A DNA stretch of 64,000 bases, taken from positions 4,275 through 68,274 of the IMG/VR virus record IMGVR_UViG_3300025645_000062; one strand, written 5' to 3'. The position numbers and the translations under genes are program-made. The notes below the pieces were generated by a model. It did not search any database and was not told the origin of the DNA. It saw only the letters and a list, made by a program, of their open reading frames with translations. This document shows positions 1 to 8,659 of the stretch, piece after piece. The DNA is from a virus. How positions within the stretch are numbered: the stretch's first letter is position 1; every line of letters begins with the position of its first letter.

Positions 1-1
1 C

Positions 2-217
2 AAAGTACACGCTAGTCCATTTGAACACCAAGCTACACCTGTTTCATCTTACACAGAAAATACAGGAAGTAATGACCCTTACGAGTTTGAGTCTTGGGAG
101 GAAGGTGTAACACACCTAGACAGAACTGGTAACCTTTGTTCAGCTAACTTTAAAAACTGGATACAACATCGTCAATTAATCAAAAATCACGATGGTGCAA
201 ACTTAACTAAGGACTGA
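2..217 (+). CDS. thyX: Flavin-dependent thymidylate synthase, C-terminal part (truncated by window edge)
   Basis: Frame 2 reads KVHASPFEHQATP...LCSANFKNWIQHRQL to TGA at 215-217. HASPFEH and NF-GW-Q-R-like motifs are typical of the C-terminus of N4-like phage ThyX. Not in the ORF track. Confidence 0.75.
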   Translation, partial: KVHASPFEHQATPVSSYTENTGSNDPYEFESWEEGVTHLDRTGNLCSANFKNWIQHRQLIKNHDGANLTKD

Positions 218-219
218 TT

Positions 220-435
220 ATGCCTAAACTTCACGAACAAATTCCTGCTTTTAAGCTACACACTTATGCATATTTAAATGAAACTAAAGTATACATACTT
301 AAAATTAAAACTTATTGCACTTGCTGTGATCAATTCTTAAAAGAAGTTACTTACTCCATTAAAGATTGGGAAACAAATGAAATACATTACGCTGTTCCTG
401 AGTCGTTATTATCGTATAAACTAGAGGAAAAATAA
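220..435 (+). CDS. Hypothetical protein with CxCC cluster
   Basis: 71-aa ORF with AAGGA RBS, tightly packed after thyX. Confidence 0.6.
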   Translation: MPKLHEQIPAFKLHTYAYLNETKVYILKIKTYCTCCDQFLKEVTYSIKDWETNEIHYAVPESLLSYKLEEK

Positions 436-650
436 TGAGTAAACATACTAAACTTTTTGATGAATGTTTAGCAGCTAACCAAGGTAAACCTGCAGATATT
501 TACATGGAAATGTTTAATTCTGCAGACTCTGAAGATCTTACCTTTTTACTTAAAGAGTTTCATAGAACGCAGTCTACGTCTGCTGGAAATGCTTTAACAG
601 CAAAACTTGACGATATGTTATCTAACCAAATCGAATTAATTTTAAAATAA
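435..650 (+). CDS. Hypothetical protein
   Basis: 71-aa ORF, GAGG RBS, TAATG overlap with upstream gene. Confidence 0.65.
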   Translation: MSKHTKLFDECLAANQGKPADIYMEMFNSADSEDLTFLLKEFHRTQSTSAGNALTAKLDDMLSNQIELILK

Positions 651-670
651 AACATAACTAAGGAATTATT

Positions 671-1714
671 ATGTCAGCTTCATCTCAACACGCTCTTTCT
701 GTTTCATTCAACAACGCAGAAAAACTAACCAAACTTGCCTTAATGAAAGGCTTAGCAGTAATGCTACATGGTTCACCTAGCTCTGGAAAAACAGCTATTG
801 GTAGTAAGATAGCTAAACAAGCTAACTTGAAGTCTATTACTTTTTCATTGCTTGATCATGAACCTACAGATATATGTGGTTTACCTGATTTACGTGGTGA
901 AAAAGCTACATTTAAACCTTTTGACACTTTCCCTGTTGAAGGTGATCCACTACCTGAAGATAAGAATGGTTGGTTAATTATGCTTGATGAATTTTCGTCA
1001 GGTGGTCGAGCAATGCAAGCTGCTGCAAATAAACTTTTATATGAACGTTTAGTAGGTAGCAAAAACTTGCACCCTAACGCTCGTGTAATGGCAATGGGTA
1101 ACCTTTCGTCTGATAACGCATTCGTTGTAGGTATGCCTCAACATACTAAATCTCGTCAAGCACACTTGTTTGTACACCAAGATTTGGAAGAATGGACTGA
1201 CTGGGCTTTAGGTGCAGATATCAATCGTACTCTTATAGCTTATGTCCAAGCTAAACCAGCACTACTTACAAAGTATGATCCAGATAACATTGATGTTAAC
1301 TATTCATGTGCTCGTACATTAGAAATGGCTTCTGATGCACTTAAAGATAGTACTTTTGAACGTTGGATGCTTCCACTAATCCAAGGTATTCTTGGTACAG
1401 GTGTTGGCCTAGAGTTTTATAACTTTTCTAAATATTCTGCAGAATTACCAACTCTGAAAGAAATTATCCTTAACCCTGATGAAGTTAAAATTCCAACCCA
1501 GCAATCATACAAATTTGCTTTAGCTTTAATTATTTCGGATAGCCTTAACAAAGACAATGCCGCACAAGTAATGAAATTTATTGAAAGACTTTCTACAGAC
1601 TTACAATACTTTATATTTCGTGCAGCATGTAGACGTAACTTAGCACTTGCTGCAGTACCTGCAATAGAAAAGTGGGCTACAGGAATATCCAATAAATACT
1701 GTAAAATGAAATAA
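671..1714 (+). CDS. MoxR-like AAA+ ATPase (N4 gp24-like)
   Basis: Walker A GSPSSGKT, Walker B LIMLDEF, sensor MAMGN; adjacent to a vWA/metallopeptidase gene. Confidence 0.85.
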   Translation: MSASSQHALSVSFNNAEKLTKLALMKGLAVMLHGSPSSGKTAIGSKIAKQANLKSITFSLLDHEPTDICGLPDLRGEKATFKPFDTFPVEGDPLPEDKNGWLIMLDEFSSGGRAMQAAANKLLYERLVGSKNLHPNARVMAMGNLSSDNAFVVGMPQHTKSRQAHLFVHQDLEEWTDWALGADINRTLIAYVQAKPALLTKYDPDNIDVNYSCARTLEMASDALKDSTFERWMLPLIQGILGTGVGLEFYNFSKYSAELPTLKEIILNPDEVKIPTQQSYKFALALIISDSLNKDNAAQVMKFIERLSTDLQYFIFRAACRRNLALAAVPAIEKWATGISNKYCKMK

Positions 1715-1724
1715 GGGATTTACC

Positions 1725-2876
1725 ATGAAAAACGTAACCGAAGATACACTCATTGATTTAAAAATGCGTATGGCTATGGATCAAAATTTACTGTTCTTCA
1801 CCTCCGTGCTTTATGGTTTAGAACTTAAATTAGGGGATACCCCTTATAATACTGCTTGTACCGATGGTGTAAGTATTATTTTTACTAAAGAATTTCTTGA
1901 AGGAATGTCTGAAGACGAAGCTTTAGGACTACTCCTTCATGAAGTTCGACATGTAACAGATATGCATCAATTCAGGTTAGCAGGTCGTGACCCAAAACTT
2001 TGGAATGCTGCATGTGATTATGCAATTAATTACGACATTATTAACGATGGTTTTAAACTGCCTCAGTTAGAACATGCTTGCTATGATAAAAAATACGCAA
2101 ACATGGCTGCTGAAGAAATTTATGAAGACCTTTTAAAAGATTCTCCTGAAGCACAGCCTATGATTTCTGATTTAAAAAAAAATACAGCTGAGGATGATTC
2201 ACCTGAAAAAGAAATAGATAAAGAAATTGAAACTGAAATTAAAGATTTAATTATTCAAGCTTCTCAAATTACTGAAAGAGTCTCAGAGAGTGCTGCAAGT
2301 AAAATACCTAGCCATATTAAACGTATGGTTAAAGAATGGTTAAACCCTGTAGTGCCTTGGCAAAACATACTTCAGAAGTACATGAACCAGAAATGTAAAG
2401 ATGATTATTCTTGGCAGCGTCCAAATAGACGATATGCAGCTCATAAACTGTATGTGCCTAGTCTGTATTCTGAGCAACTTGGAAACATACATGTATTTAT
2501 TGATGGTTCCTGCTCTGTTTCCACTGAAATGTTTAACATGCAAGTCGGTCAAATCAACTGGATTAAAAACAATTTAAACCCCCGTGAACTACGTATTATT
2601 GTATTCAATACCAAAATAGTAGACGAGTTCATCTTTGATGATTGCACGCCAATTAGAGTGGAATTTAAAGCTCGTGGTGGTACAGCTGTTAAAGAAATAG
2701 TTACCTACATGGAAGAAAACAAAGCTGAATGTAATATTGTTATGACTGATGGTTACTTCAGACATATTTCACTTGAAAATGTAAAAGATGATGTGCTTGC
2801 CCTTATCTACGATAATGATAATTTTAAGTGGGAAGGTGCTACAACTATTTACCTACCTGCGGAAAAATTAAGATGA
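1725..2876 (+). CDS. Metallopeptidase-like plus vWA domain protein (N4 gp25/DUF2201-like)
   Basis: TACTDG, HEVRH zinc motif, WNAACDYAIN, MIDAS-like DGSCS, RGGT and MTDGY. Confidence 0.85.
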   Translation: MKNVTEDTLIDLKMRMAMDQNLLFFTSVLYGLELKLGDTPYNTACTDGVSIIFTKEFLEGMSEDEALGLLLHEVRHVTDMHQFRLAGRDPKLWNAACDYAINYDIINDGFKLPQLEHACYDKKYANMAAEEIYEDLLKDSPEAQPMISDLKKNTAEDDSPEKEIDKEIETEIKDLIIQASQITERVSESAASKIPSHIKRMVKEWLNPVVPWQNILQKYMNQKCKDDYSWQRPNRRYAAHKLYVPSLYSEQLGNIHVFIDGSCSVSTEMFNMQVGQINWIKNNLNPRELRIIVFNTKIVDEFIFDDCTPIRVEFKARGGTAVKEIVTYMEENKAECNIVMTDGYFRHISLENVKDDVLALIYDNDNFKWEGATTIYLPAEKLR

Positions 2877-3316
2877 AAAGCGAACTACTAACACAAATTG
2901 ATCTCTATTTATTTGGTAACACTATTAACGAACTAAGAAAAATATACAGGCAAGCTGTAAAAATAAATAAAACTGGATTTACTTATGGTTTTTTTAATCA
3001 AGCTTTAGTCTCAAACTTATCTACTCGGTTTACTTTACCTCCTTCAGCTGAAACTCTTGAATACTTGGAACCTTATATTGAAGAGTATGCTTTTGTTATA
3101 CGCAAAAGAGAATTAATCCAGTGTTACTTTCTTCAGTTTATGAATCAAAGTCAAAACGATATAGATATTCTTCATTTACTTCCAACAAAGTTATTAGCTA
3201 AATTTGACCTTACAATAGAGCCAAAAAAAACTATTCAACTTGTGGAAATATTTAAACAAAAACCTGAATATGAAATGATTAAACAACAAGAAGTATTCAA
3301 ATTAATGGGACTCTAA
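2873..3316 (+). CDS. Hypothetical protein
   Basis: ORF track 2828..3316; more likely start is ATG 2873, an ATGA overlap with the upstream stop. Confidence 0.65.
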   Translation: MKSELLTQIDLYLFGNTINELRKIYRQAVKINKTGFTYGFFNQALVSNLSTRFTLPPSAETLEYLEPYIEEYAFVIRKRELIQCYFLQFMNQSQNDIDILHLLPTKLLAKFDLTIEPKKTIQLVEIFKQKPEYEMIKQQEVFKLMGL

Positions 3317-3317
3317 C

Positions 3318-3614
3318 ATGTCAAAAAATTTAACGCAGATACACCTCGATTTTTCCTACCACACTTCAATTCTTTTACCTTTTAAAGAAAGTGCTCAACT
3401 TTTAGCTTTATTAGAAAAAGCTCAAATTGTAATAGATACCTATGGTGGAGCAGAGAATACAATAAGAAATAGTTTTGAAAAAAATGAAGTAGTAATAAAA
3501 CCTTACTGTATGACAAAATATCAAAATATTCTTACTGCACAAACTTTAGGAGTTAGTTACAAAAATTATATGGAAGAATTAGAAAAAGCAAAAGGAGAAA
3601 AAAATGCTGAATAA
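3318..3614 (+). CDS. Hypothetical protein
   Basis: 98-aa ORF, GGGA RBS, operon packing. Confidence 0.65.
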   Translation: MSKNLTQIHLDFSYHTSILLPFKESAQLLALLEKAQIVIDTYGGAENTIRNSFEKNEVVIKPYCMTKYQNILTAQTLGVSYKNYMEELEKAKGEKNAE

Positions 3615-4815
3615 AGGACAAGAAAAAGTATTTACCCAAATACAAGAATTTCTAGTAAGTGATAATGTTTTCTTCTCACTTGAAAGTGGAGGTGGCTATG
3701 GTAAAACATTTTTATTAAACCACCTCGAAAATAAAATTCCTGAGCTTAACAAAATACGTAGTTTATTACATTTACCTCAAATAGGTAAAATGATATACAC
3801 CGCTACTACTAATAAAGCTGCTTCACTGCTAGGTAACAATAGCAGTACCATACATAAATTATTTAAAATTTACCCAAAAACTAACTATAAAACAGGAGTT
3901 ACCCATTATAAATTAGGGGATACACCTAACTTATATGAAGAAATTTTAATCTTAGATGAAAGCTCAATGCTTGACCCTCAAGTATTTCAAATTATACAAG
4001 ATAAAATTAAAGGTAGAGCTAAAGTCATATTTGCACTTGACCCCTACCAACTTGCTCCTATAGGATATGCGTCCCCTGTTGTAAATACTTTGATAGCGAA
4101 TCTCCCTAAAGGAGAACTGACTGAACCAATGAGACAGGATAAAGAATCGCATTTATTTAAGATGTGTGACTTGCTTCGTGAAAACGTGCGTAATCAAACC
4201 TACACACCAATTACAGTAGGGAAAGGTATACGTTCAGTCAGTGGTGCTGAGTTTCAAAAAGAATACTTAGAAGCTTTTAAAAATAATGAAGATGCACGAA
4301 TTATAGCTTTTTCTAACACTACAGTTGAGTCACATAATGCGTATGTTCGTAAAACTTTAAAACAGACAAATAGGTTTCAAGAAGGTGATCTTGTAGTTGC
4401 TGCTGCAGCTATGGAAAACGTACCTGAAATAAAAGTAGAAGAAACTTACACCATACGTAATATAGGCAAACACTTAAACGATGGACATATTGATTACTAC
4501 GAAGTAGACCTAGGTTTACATCAATGGTTCAAAGTCCCTTCCAACAAGCAAGCTTATTTTAAACGTTTAAAACAAGCACAACTCGAAGGTAAGCAAAACG
4601 GTGATTGGTCAGTGTACTACACCTTAAAATCTAATTATTTAGATATTCGTGATGGCTTTGCTTGTACAGCTCATAAAGCTCAAGGCAGTACTTACGATAA
4701 AGTCTTTTTAGACTTTGCAGATCTTACACAGTGCTCTGATTTAAATACGTTTCTACGTGCTCTTTACGTAGCTGTAAGCCGAGCTAAACATGAAGTAATA
4801 ATTTACGGGTTATAA
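3604..4815 (+). CDS. SF1B Dda/RecD-like DNA helicase (N4 gp37-like)
   Basis: GGGYGKT Walker A, ATTNKAA, LDESSM, QLAP, TAHKAQGSTY and LYVAVSRA motifs. Confidence 0.9.
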   Translation: MLNKGQEKVFTQIQEFLVSDNVFFSLESGGGYGKTFLLNHLENKIPELNKIRSLLHLPQIGKMIYTATTNKAASLLGNNSSTIHKLFKIYPKTNYKTGVTHYKLGDTPNLYEEILILDESSMLDPQVFQIIQDKIKGRAKVIFALDPYQLAPIGYASPVVNTLIANLPKGELTEPMRQDKESHLFKMCDLLRENVRNQTYTPITVGKGIRSVSGAEFQKEYLEAFKNNEDARIIAFSNTTVESHNAYVRKTLKQTNRFQEGDLVVAAAAMENVPEIKVEETYTIRNIGKHLNDGHIDYYEVDLGLHQWFKVPSNKQAYFKRLKQAQLEGKQNGDWSVYYTLKSNYLDIRDGFACTAHKAQGSTYDKVFLDFADLTQCSDLNTFLRALYVAVSRAKHEVIIYGL

Positions 4816-4818
4816 AAT

Positions 4819-7464
4819 ATGTACCATTTAACATTTGGAAATACCAAGTTTAACTTAGCTCTTTTAATTAAACTTGAAGGTTTAGTTGAAGATTCACTTA
4901 GCAAAGAATACTTAAACCCACTTAACAAAAATGGGTTTGATACAACAGGTACTATTGCATTCAGTTTAGAATATGATAATAAAAAACCTAGTGCAAAGTG
5001 CAGAAAAAGTTATTTAGCTAAACTTCTTCCAGAAATAAATAAATTAGGTATTCCTACTTTATTTTGCTTAGATGGTGAATATTTTAAAACTTTAACAGGG
5101 CAAACTAAATCTGAGGCTAAACTCGGTTATGTTCTTCCCTGTAAAATTAAAGGCTTTGAACATCTCAAAGTTGCTTATGGTTTTAACCCTGCTGTATTTT
5201 TCTATAACCCTGAAACAAGAGTAAGAAATCAGTTAGCTATTAAAGCTACTGCAGCTCATTTTAATGGTACCTATACTGAAATTGGTACAAACGTCTTAGT
5301 TAATACTAGTTACCCTACTACAGTGGCTCAAATTGCTGCTGAACTGGTTAAACTTGAACACGTTCCTATTATTGCTGTAGATATTGAAGCTTTTAGCCTT
5401 AAACATTACTCAGCAGGTATTGGTACTATTTCGTTTTCAGTTGATAAACAATCTGCCGTAATGTTTACAGTAGATGCAGTTGCGTGTGATCCATATGAAG
5501 TTGATATATGGGATAAAACTGATAAGAAATATAAAACTAAAATCGCACATATAAAACAAGTACAAAATGAACCAGTAAGAGCTTTACTCAAAACTTTCTT
5601 TGAAAATTATAAGGGTAAACTCTTATGGCATAATATTAGTTATGATGCCACTGTACTTACTTACCAGCTCTGGATGACAGATGTACTGGATAGGAAAGGT
5701 ATGCGTATAGGCCGAGAACATATGCTCCGTACTGGAGAATGTACTCAATTAATGACGTACTTAGCCACCAATTCCTGTGCAGGTAATACGTTAGGTTTAA
5801 AACACCAAGCACACGAGTACGTAGGTAACTACGCTATTGAAGTAAAAGATATACGTTTACAAACTTTACCTGACTTACTTAAATATAACGGTATAGATAC
5901 TGTAGCTACTTACTTTGTTTACGAAAAAAATCATGCACGTATGGTTAAAGATGAACAAGAAGAATTTTATAACAAAATATTTAAACCTGCTTTGTATGAC
6001 ATTCTTGAAATGCAACTAACAGGTATGTGTCTTGACCTAAACCGTGTTCGTGAAGTACAAGCTGAGTTAGAAGTTATTAAATTAGAGGCTATTAAAACAA
6101 TTGTTAACACCCCTATTATTAATCTTTTTATTCAAGATTCCAAAGAACAAGAAGTTATTTATCGAAACCTTGGATATAAAAATAAAATAATTGACATAAA
6201 TGATACTAAATTTAAACTAAATTTAAACTCTGGCAAACAATTACAACAAATTATATATAGTTGTATGGGATTACCTGTTATTGATAAAACAAAATCAGGC
6301 CAACCCTCCACAGCAGGGAAGACAATTAAAAAAATAATGGCACATCCAAATGCCAAACCTTATTTAGAATGTCTACAGGCTTTTACAGATTTCTCAGATG
6401 TTGAAAAGATACTCACTTCTTTTATTACAACATTCTTGGATAATCATTGGGTAGGTACAGATGGAGTACCACGTATTTATGGTTCATATAAACTTGGTGG
6501 AACTGTTTCAGCAAGACTCAGTGCAAGTGATCCAAATATTCAACAAATGCCTTCTGGTTCCCGTTTTGGGAAGTTAATTAAATCATGTTTTATAGCACCA
6601 CCTAATATGGTTTTTGGTATGTCTGATTTTGCAGGTCTTGAAGATGTAGTAAATACACTTCTTACTAAAGATCCTGCTAAAGAATTAGTATTACTTGATG
6701 GTTTTGATGGTCACTCGTACCGTGCATATCACTTCTGGGAAGAAAAATTTCCAGATATTGATGTAACGTCACCTGAAAGTATCAATTCAATTGCTATTAA
6801 CCATGGGGGTATTCGAAGTGACGGTAAACCTGTACATTTTTCCCAACAATACCAAGGTACTTGGAAAACATTAGTAAAAAACTGTGGTTTTGAACCAAGT
6901 GAAGCTATGATGATTGAGGAAAGATATCAAACTCTTTACAAAGTCAGCTTTGATTGGGTAAAAGAAAAAACTAAACAAGCGTCTGTAGATGGTTTTGCTG
7001 TTTGTGCTTTCGGACTTAGAATACGTGCTCCTATATTAGATCAAGTAGTCTTAGGTAACAAGAAAACACCTCATGAAGCTGAAGCTGAAGCACGAACGTT
7101 AGGTAATGCTATATCAGGTCAATCTTATTGTTTACTTAACGGTAGAGCTTCTGTGGAGTTTATGCAGCGTGTTCGAAACAGTGAGTATGTAGATGATATT
7201 TGGTTATGTTCCCAAATACATGATGCAATATACTTGTACTGGAAAGATTGTTTTACAATTACTAAATGGGTAAATGATAATTTAATTGACTGTATGAAGT
7301 GGCAAGAACTGCCTGAAATAATGCATGATAAAATTAAACTATCAAGTGAACTGGATATTGCCTATCCTAGTTGGGCTTACCCAATTACATTGGCTAACAA
7401 TATTTCAGTTAATGAAATTAAACAAACACTTCTTAATGAAGTAAATAAAAGGAATGCTAAATAA
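4819..7464 (+). CDS. Family A DNA polymerase with 3'-5' exonuclease (N4 gp39-like)
   Basis: ExoI DIEA, ExoII HNISYD, ExoIII YNGID, GTVSARLS, motif A DFAGLE, motif B R..K...F...YQG, motif C IHDA. Confidence 0.93.
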   Translation: MYHLTFGNTKFNLALLIKLEGLVEDSLSKEYLNPLNKNGFDTTGTIAFSLEYDNKKPSAKCRKSYLAKLLPEINKLGIPTLFCLDGEYFKTLTGQTKSEAKLGYVLPCKIKGFEHLKVAYGFNPAVFFYNPETRVRNQLAIKATAAHFNGTYTEIGTNVLVNTSYPTTVAQIAAELVKLEHVPIIAVDIEAFSLKHYSAGIGTISFSVDKQSAVMFTVDAVACDPYEVDIWDKTDKKYKTKIAHIKQVQNEPVRALLKTFFENYKGKLLWHNISYDATVLTYQLWMTDVLDRKGMRIGREHMLRTGECTQLMTYLATNSCAGNTLGLKHQAHEYVGNYAIEVKDIRLQTLPDLLKYNGIDTVATYFVYEKNHARMVKDEQEEFYNKIFKPALYDILEMQLTGMCLDLNRVREVQAELEVIKLEAIKTIVNTPIINLFIQDSKEQEVIYRNLGYKNKIIDINDTKFKLNLNSGKQLQQIIYSCMGLPVIDKTKSGQPSTAGKTIKKIMAHPNAKPYLECLQAFTDFSDVEKILTSFITTFLDNHWVGTDGVPRIYGSYKLGGTVSARLSASDPNIQQMPSGSRFGKLIKSCFIAPPNMVFGMSDFAGLEDVVNTLLTKDPAKELVLLDGFDGHSYRAYHFWEEKFPDIDVTSPESINSIAINHGGIRSDGKPVHFSQQYQGTWKTLVKNCGFEPSEAMMIEERYQTLYKVSFDWVKEKTKQASVDGFAVCAFGLRIRAPILDQVVLGNKKTPHEAEAEARTLGNAISGQSYCLLNGRASVEFMQRVRNSEYVDDIWLCSQIHDAIYLYWKDCFTITKWVNDNLIDCMKWQELPEIMHDKIKLSSELDIAYPSWAYPITLANNISVNEIKQTLLNEVNKRNAK

Positions 7465-7616
7465 TGTTTATATTTACAGTTACAGATGCAATTGCTGCGG
7501 TTTTAATTTTAGCTTTTGCTGCTGCTTGGTCAGTAGCTTGGCTATACCAAAAATACTGGTTTCTACCTAGATATTATTTAAATCACCTAACGGGCAAATG
7601 GGAAAGGAAAAAATAA
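7464..7616 (+). CDS. Small membrane protein (50 aa)
   Basis: MFIFTVTDAIAAVLILAFAAAWSVAWLYQKYWFLPRYYLNHLTGKWERKK; TAATG overlap with the pol stop; fills the gap exactly; one hydrophobic helix. Confidence 0.65.
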   Translation: MFIFTVTDAIAAVLILAFAAAWSVAWLYQKYWFLPRYYLNHLTGKWERKK

Positions 7617-7619
7617 ACA

Positions 7620-8591
7620 ATGTCTAATATAAAATACACCAACACACATAATATCTCACTTCTTATGGCAGTGTGGTTAAGCCATGATACTTACAACATG
7701 GTACCCGCTGAAAAGAAAGTATCTGTCACAACTTTACTTAAATCAGTTCGTCAGACTATTTTAAAGTCTCGTCAAGTTGGTTCAACAGCTTTAGCTGAAG
7801 ATGTGTCTACACTTATTAATGCTCGATTAGGTCAAGCAATTCATGCAGGTGTTGAAAAAGCTTGGCAACACCCTCAAAAAGCTTTGTTAGCCCTAGGTTA
7901 TCCACAAAAAACAGTTGATAAAATTGTTATTAATCCTGAAACATGGGATGAAAATGACATTCCAATCTGGATTGAAATACGTTCAGAACAACCTTTAGGA
8001 AAGTGGATAATTTCAGGTGAATCTGATGCTATTTTAATGGGTGCTGTTAGAGATATTAAGTCTACAGGTATATTTGCTTATACATCGGGATCAAATAATA
8101 ACAAGTATCGTTTGCAAATGTCCCTATATAGATGGTTAAATCAAGACAAGGTAACTAACCCTATGGGTTATATTGATTACTACTTTAAAGATTGGGATAA
8201 ATTAGAATCGGGTTATAAATCAAACTATCCTCCGTTTCCTATTTATGAACAACCTATACCACTTCTTTCTGTAAACGAAACTGAACGGTATGCTAGAGAT
8301 AAATTAGATAAGTTAGATAAGTATTGGGATGCTCCTGAAGCAGACCTTCCTTTATGTGACGCTGAAGATCTTTGGCAAAGTAAACCTAAATGGCAATACT
8401 TTGGAGCACTAACTAATAAAAAAGCTTCTAAAAACTTCGACACTGAACCAGAAGCACTCGTATGGAGAAATGCTAAAGGTAAGGGCGTAGTAAAGTATAA
8501 AGCTGCTAAAGCCAAAGCTTGTGATTATTGTACAGCTCGACCCATATGTGGTCAGTACAAGTCTCTGGCAGCACAAGGCTTAGTTACCTAA
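7620..8591 (+). CDS. PD-(D/E)XK exonuclease, Cas4-like (N4 gp42-like)
   Basis: SVTTLL, G-AIH, E...SGESD...DIKST, YRLQMSLY, C-terminal C...CxxCxxxxxC; position before primase. Confidence 0.8.
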   Translation: MSNIKYTNTHNISLLMAVWLSHDTYNMVPAEKKVSVTTLLKSVRQTILKSRQVGSTALAEDVSTLINARLGQAIHAGVEKAWQHPQKALLALGYPQKTVDKIVINPETWDENDIPIWIEIRSEQPLGKWIISGESDAILMGAVRDIKSTGIFAYTSGSNNNKYRLQMSLYRWLNQDKVTNPMGYIDYYFKDWDKLESGYKSNYPPFPIYEQPIPLLSVNETERYARDKLDKLDKYWDAPEADLPLCDAEDLWQSKPKWQYFGALTNKKASKNFDTEPEALVWRNAKGKGVVKYKAAKAKACDYCTARPICGQYKSLAAQGLVT

Positions 8592-8611
8592 CCTCAATAA
8601 CTCTTTATATC

Positions 8612-8636
8612 AAAGGGGCTAACCAGCCTCTTTTTT
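8612..8636 (+). terminator. Rho-independent terminator
   Basis: AAAGGGGCT-AACC-AGCCTCTTTTTT. Confidence 0.75.
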
Positions 8637-8659
8637 AACCTCTAAAATTAAGGATTCAT

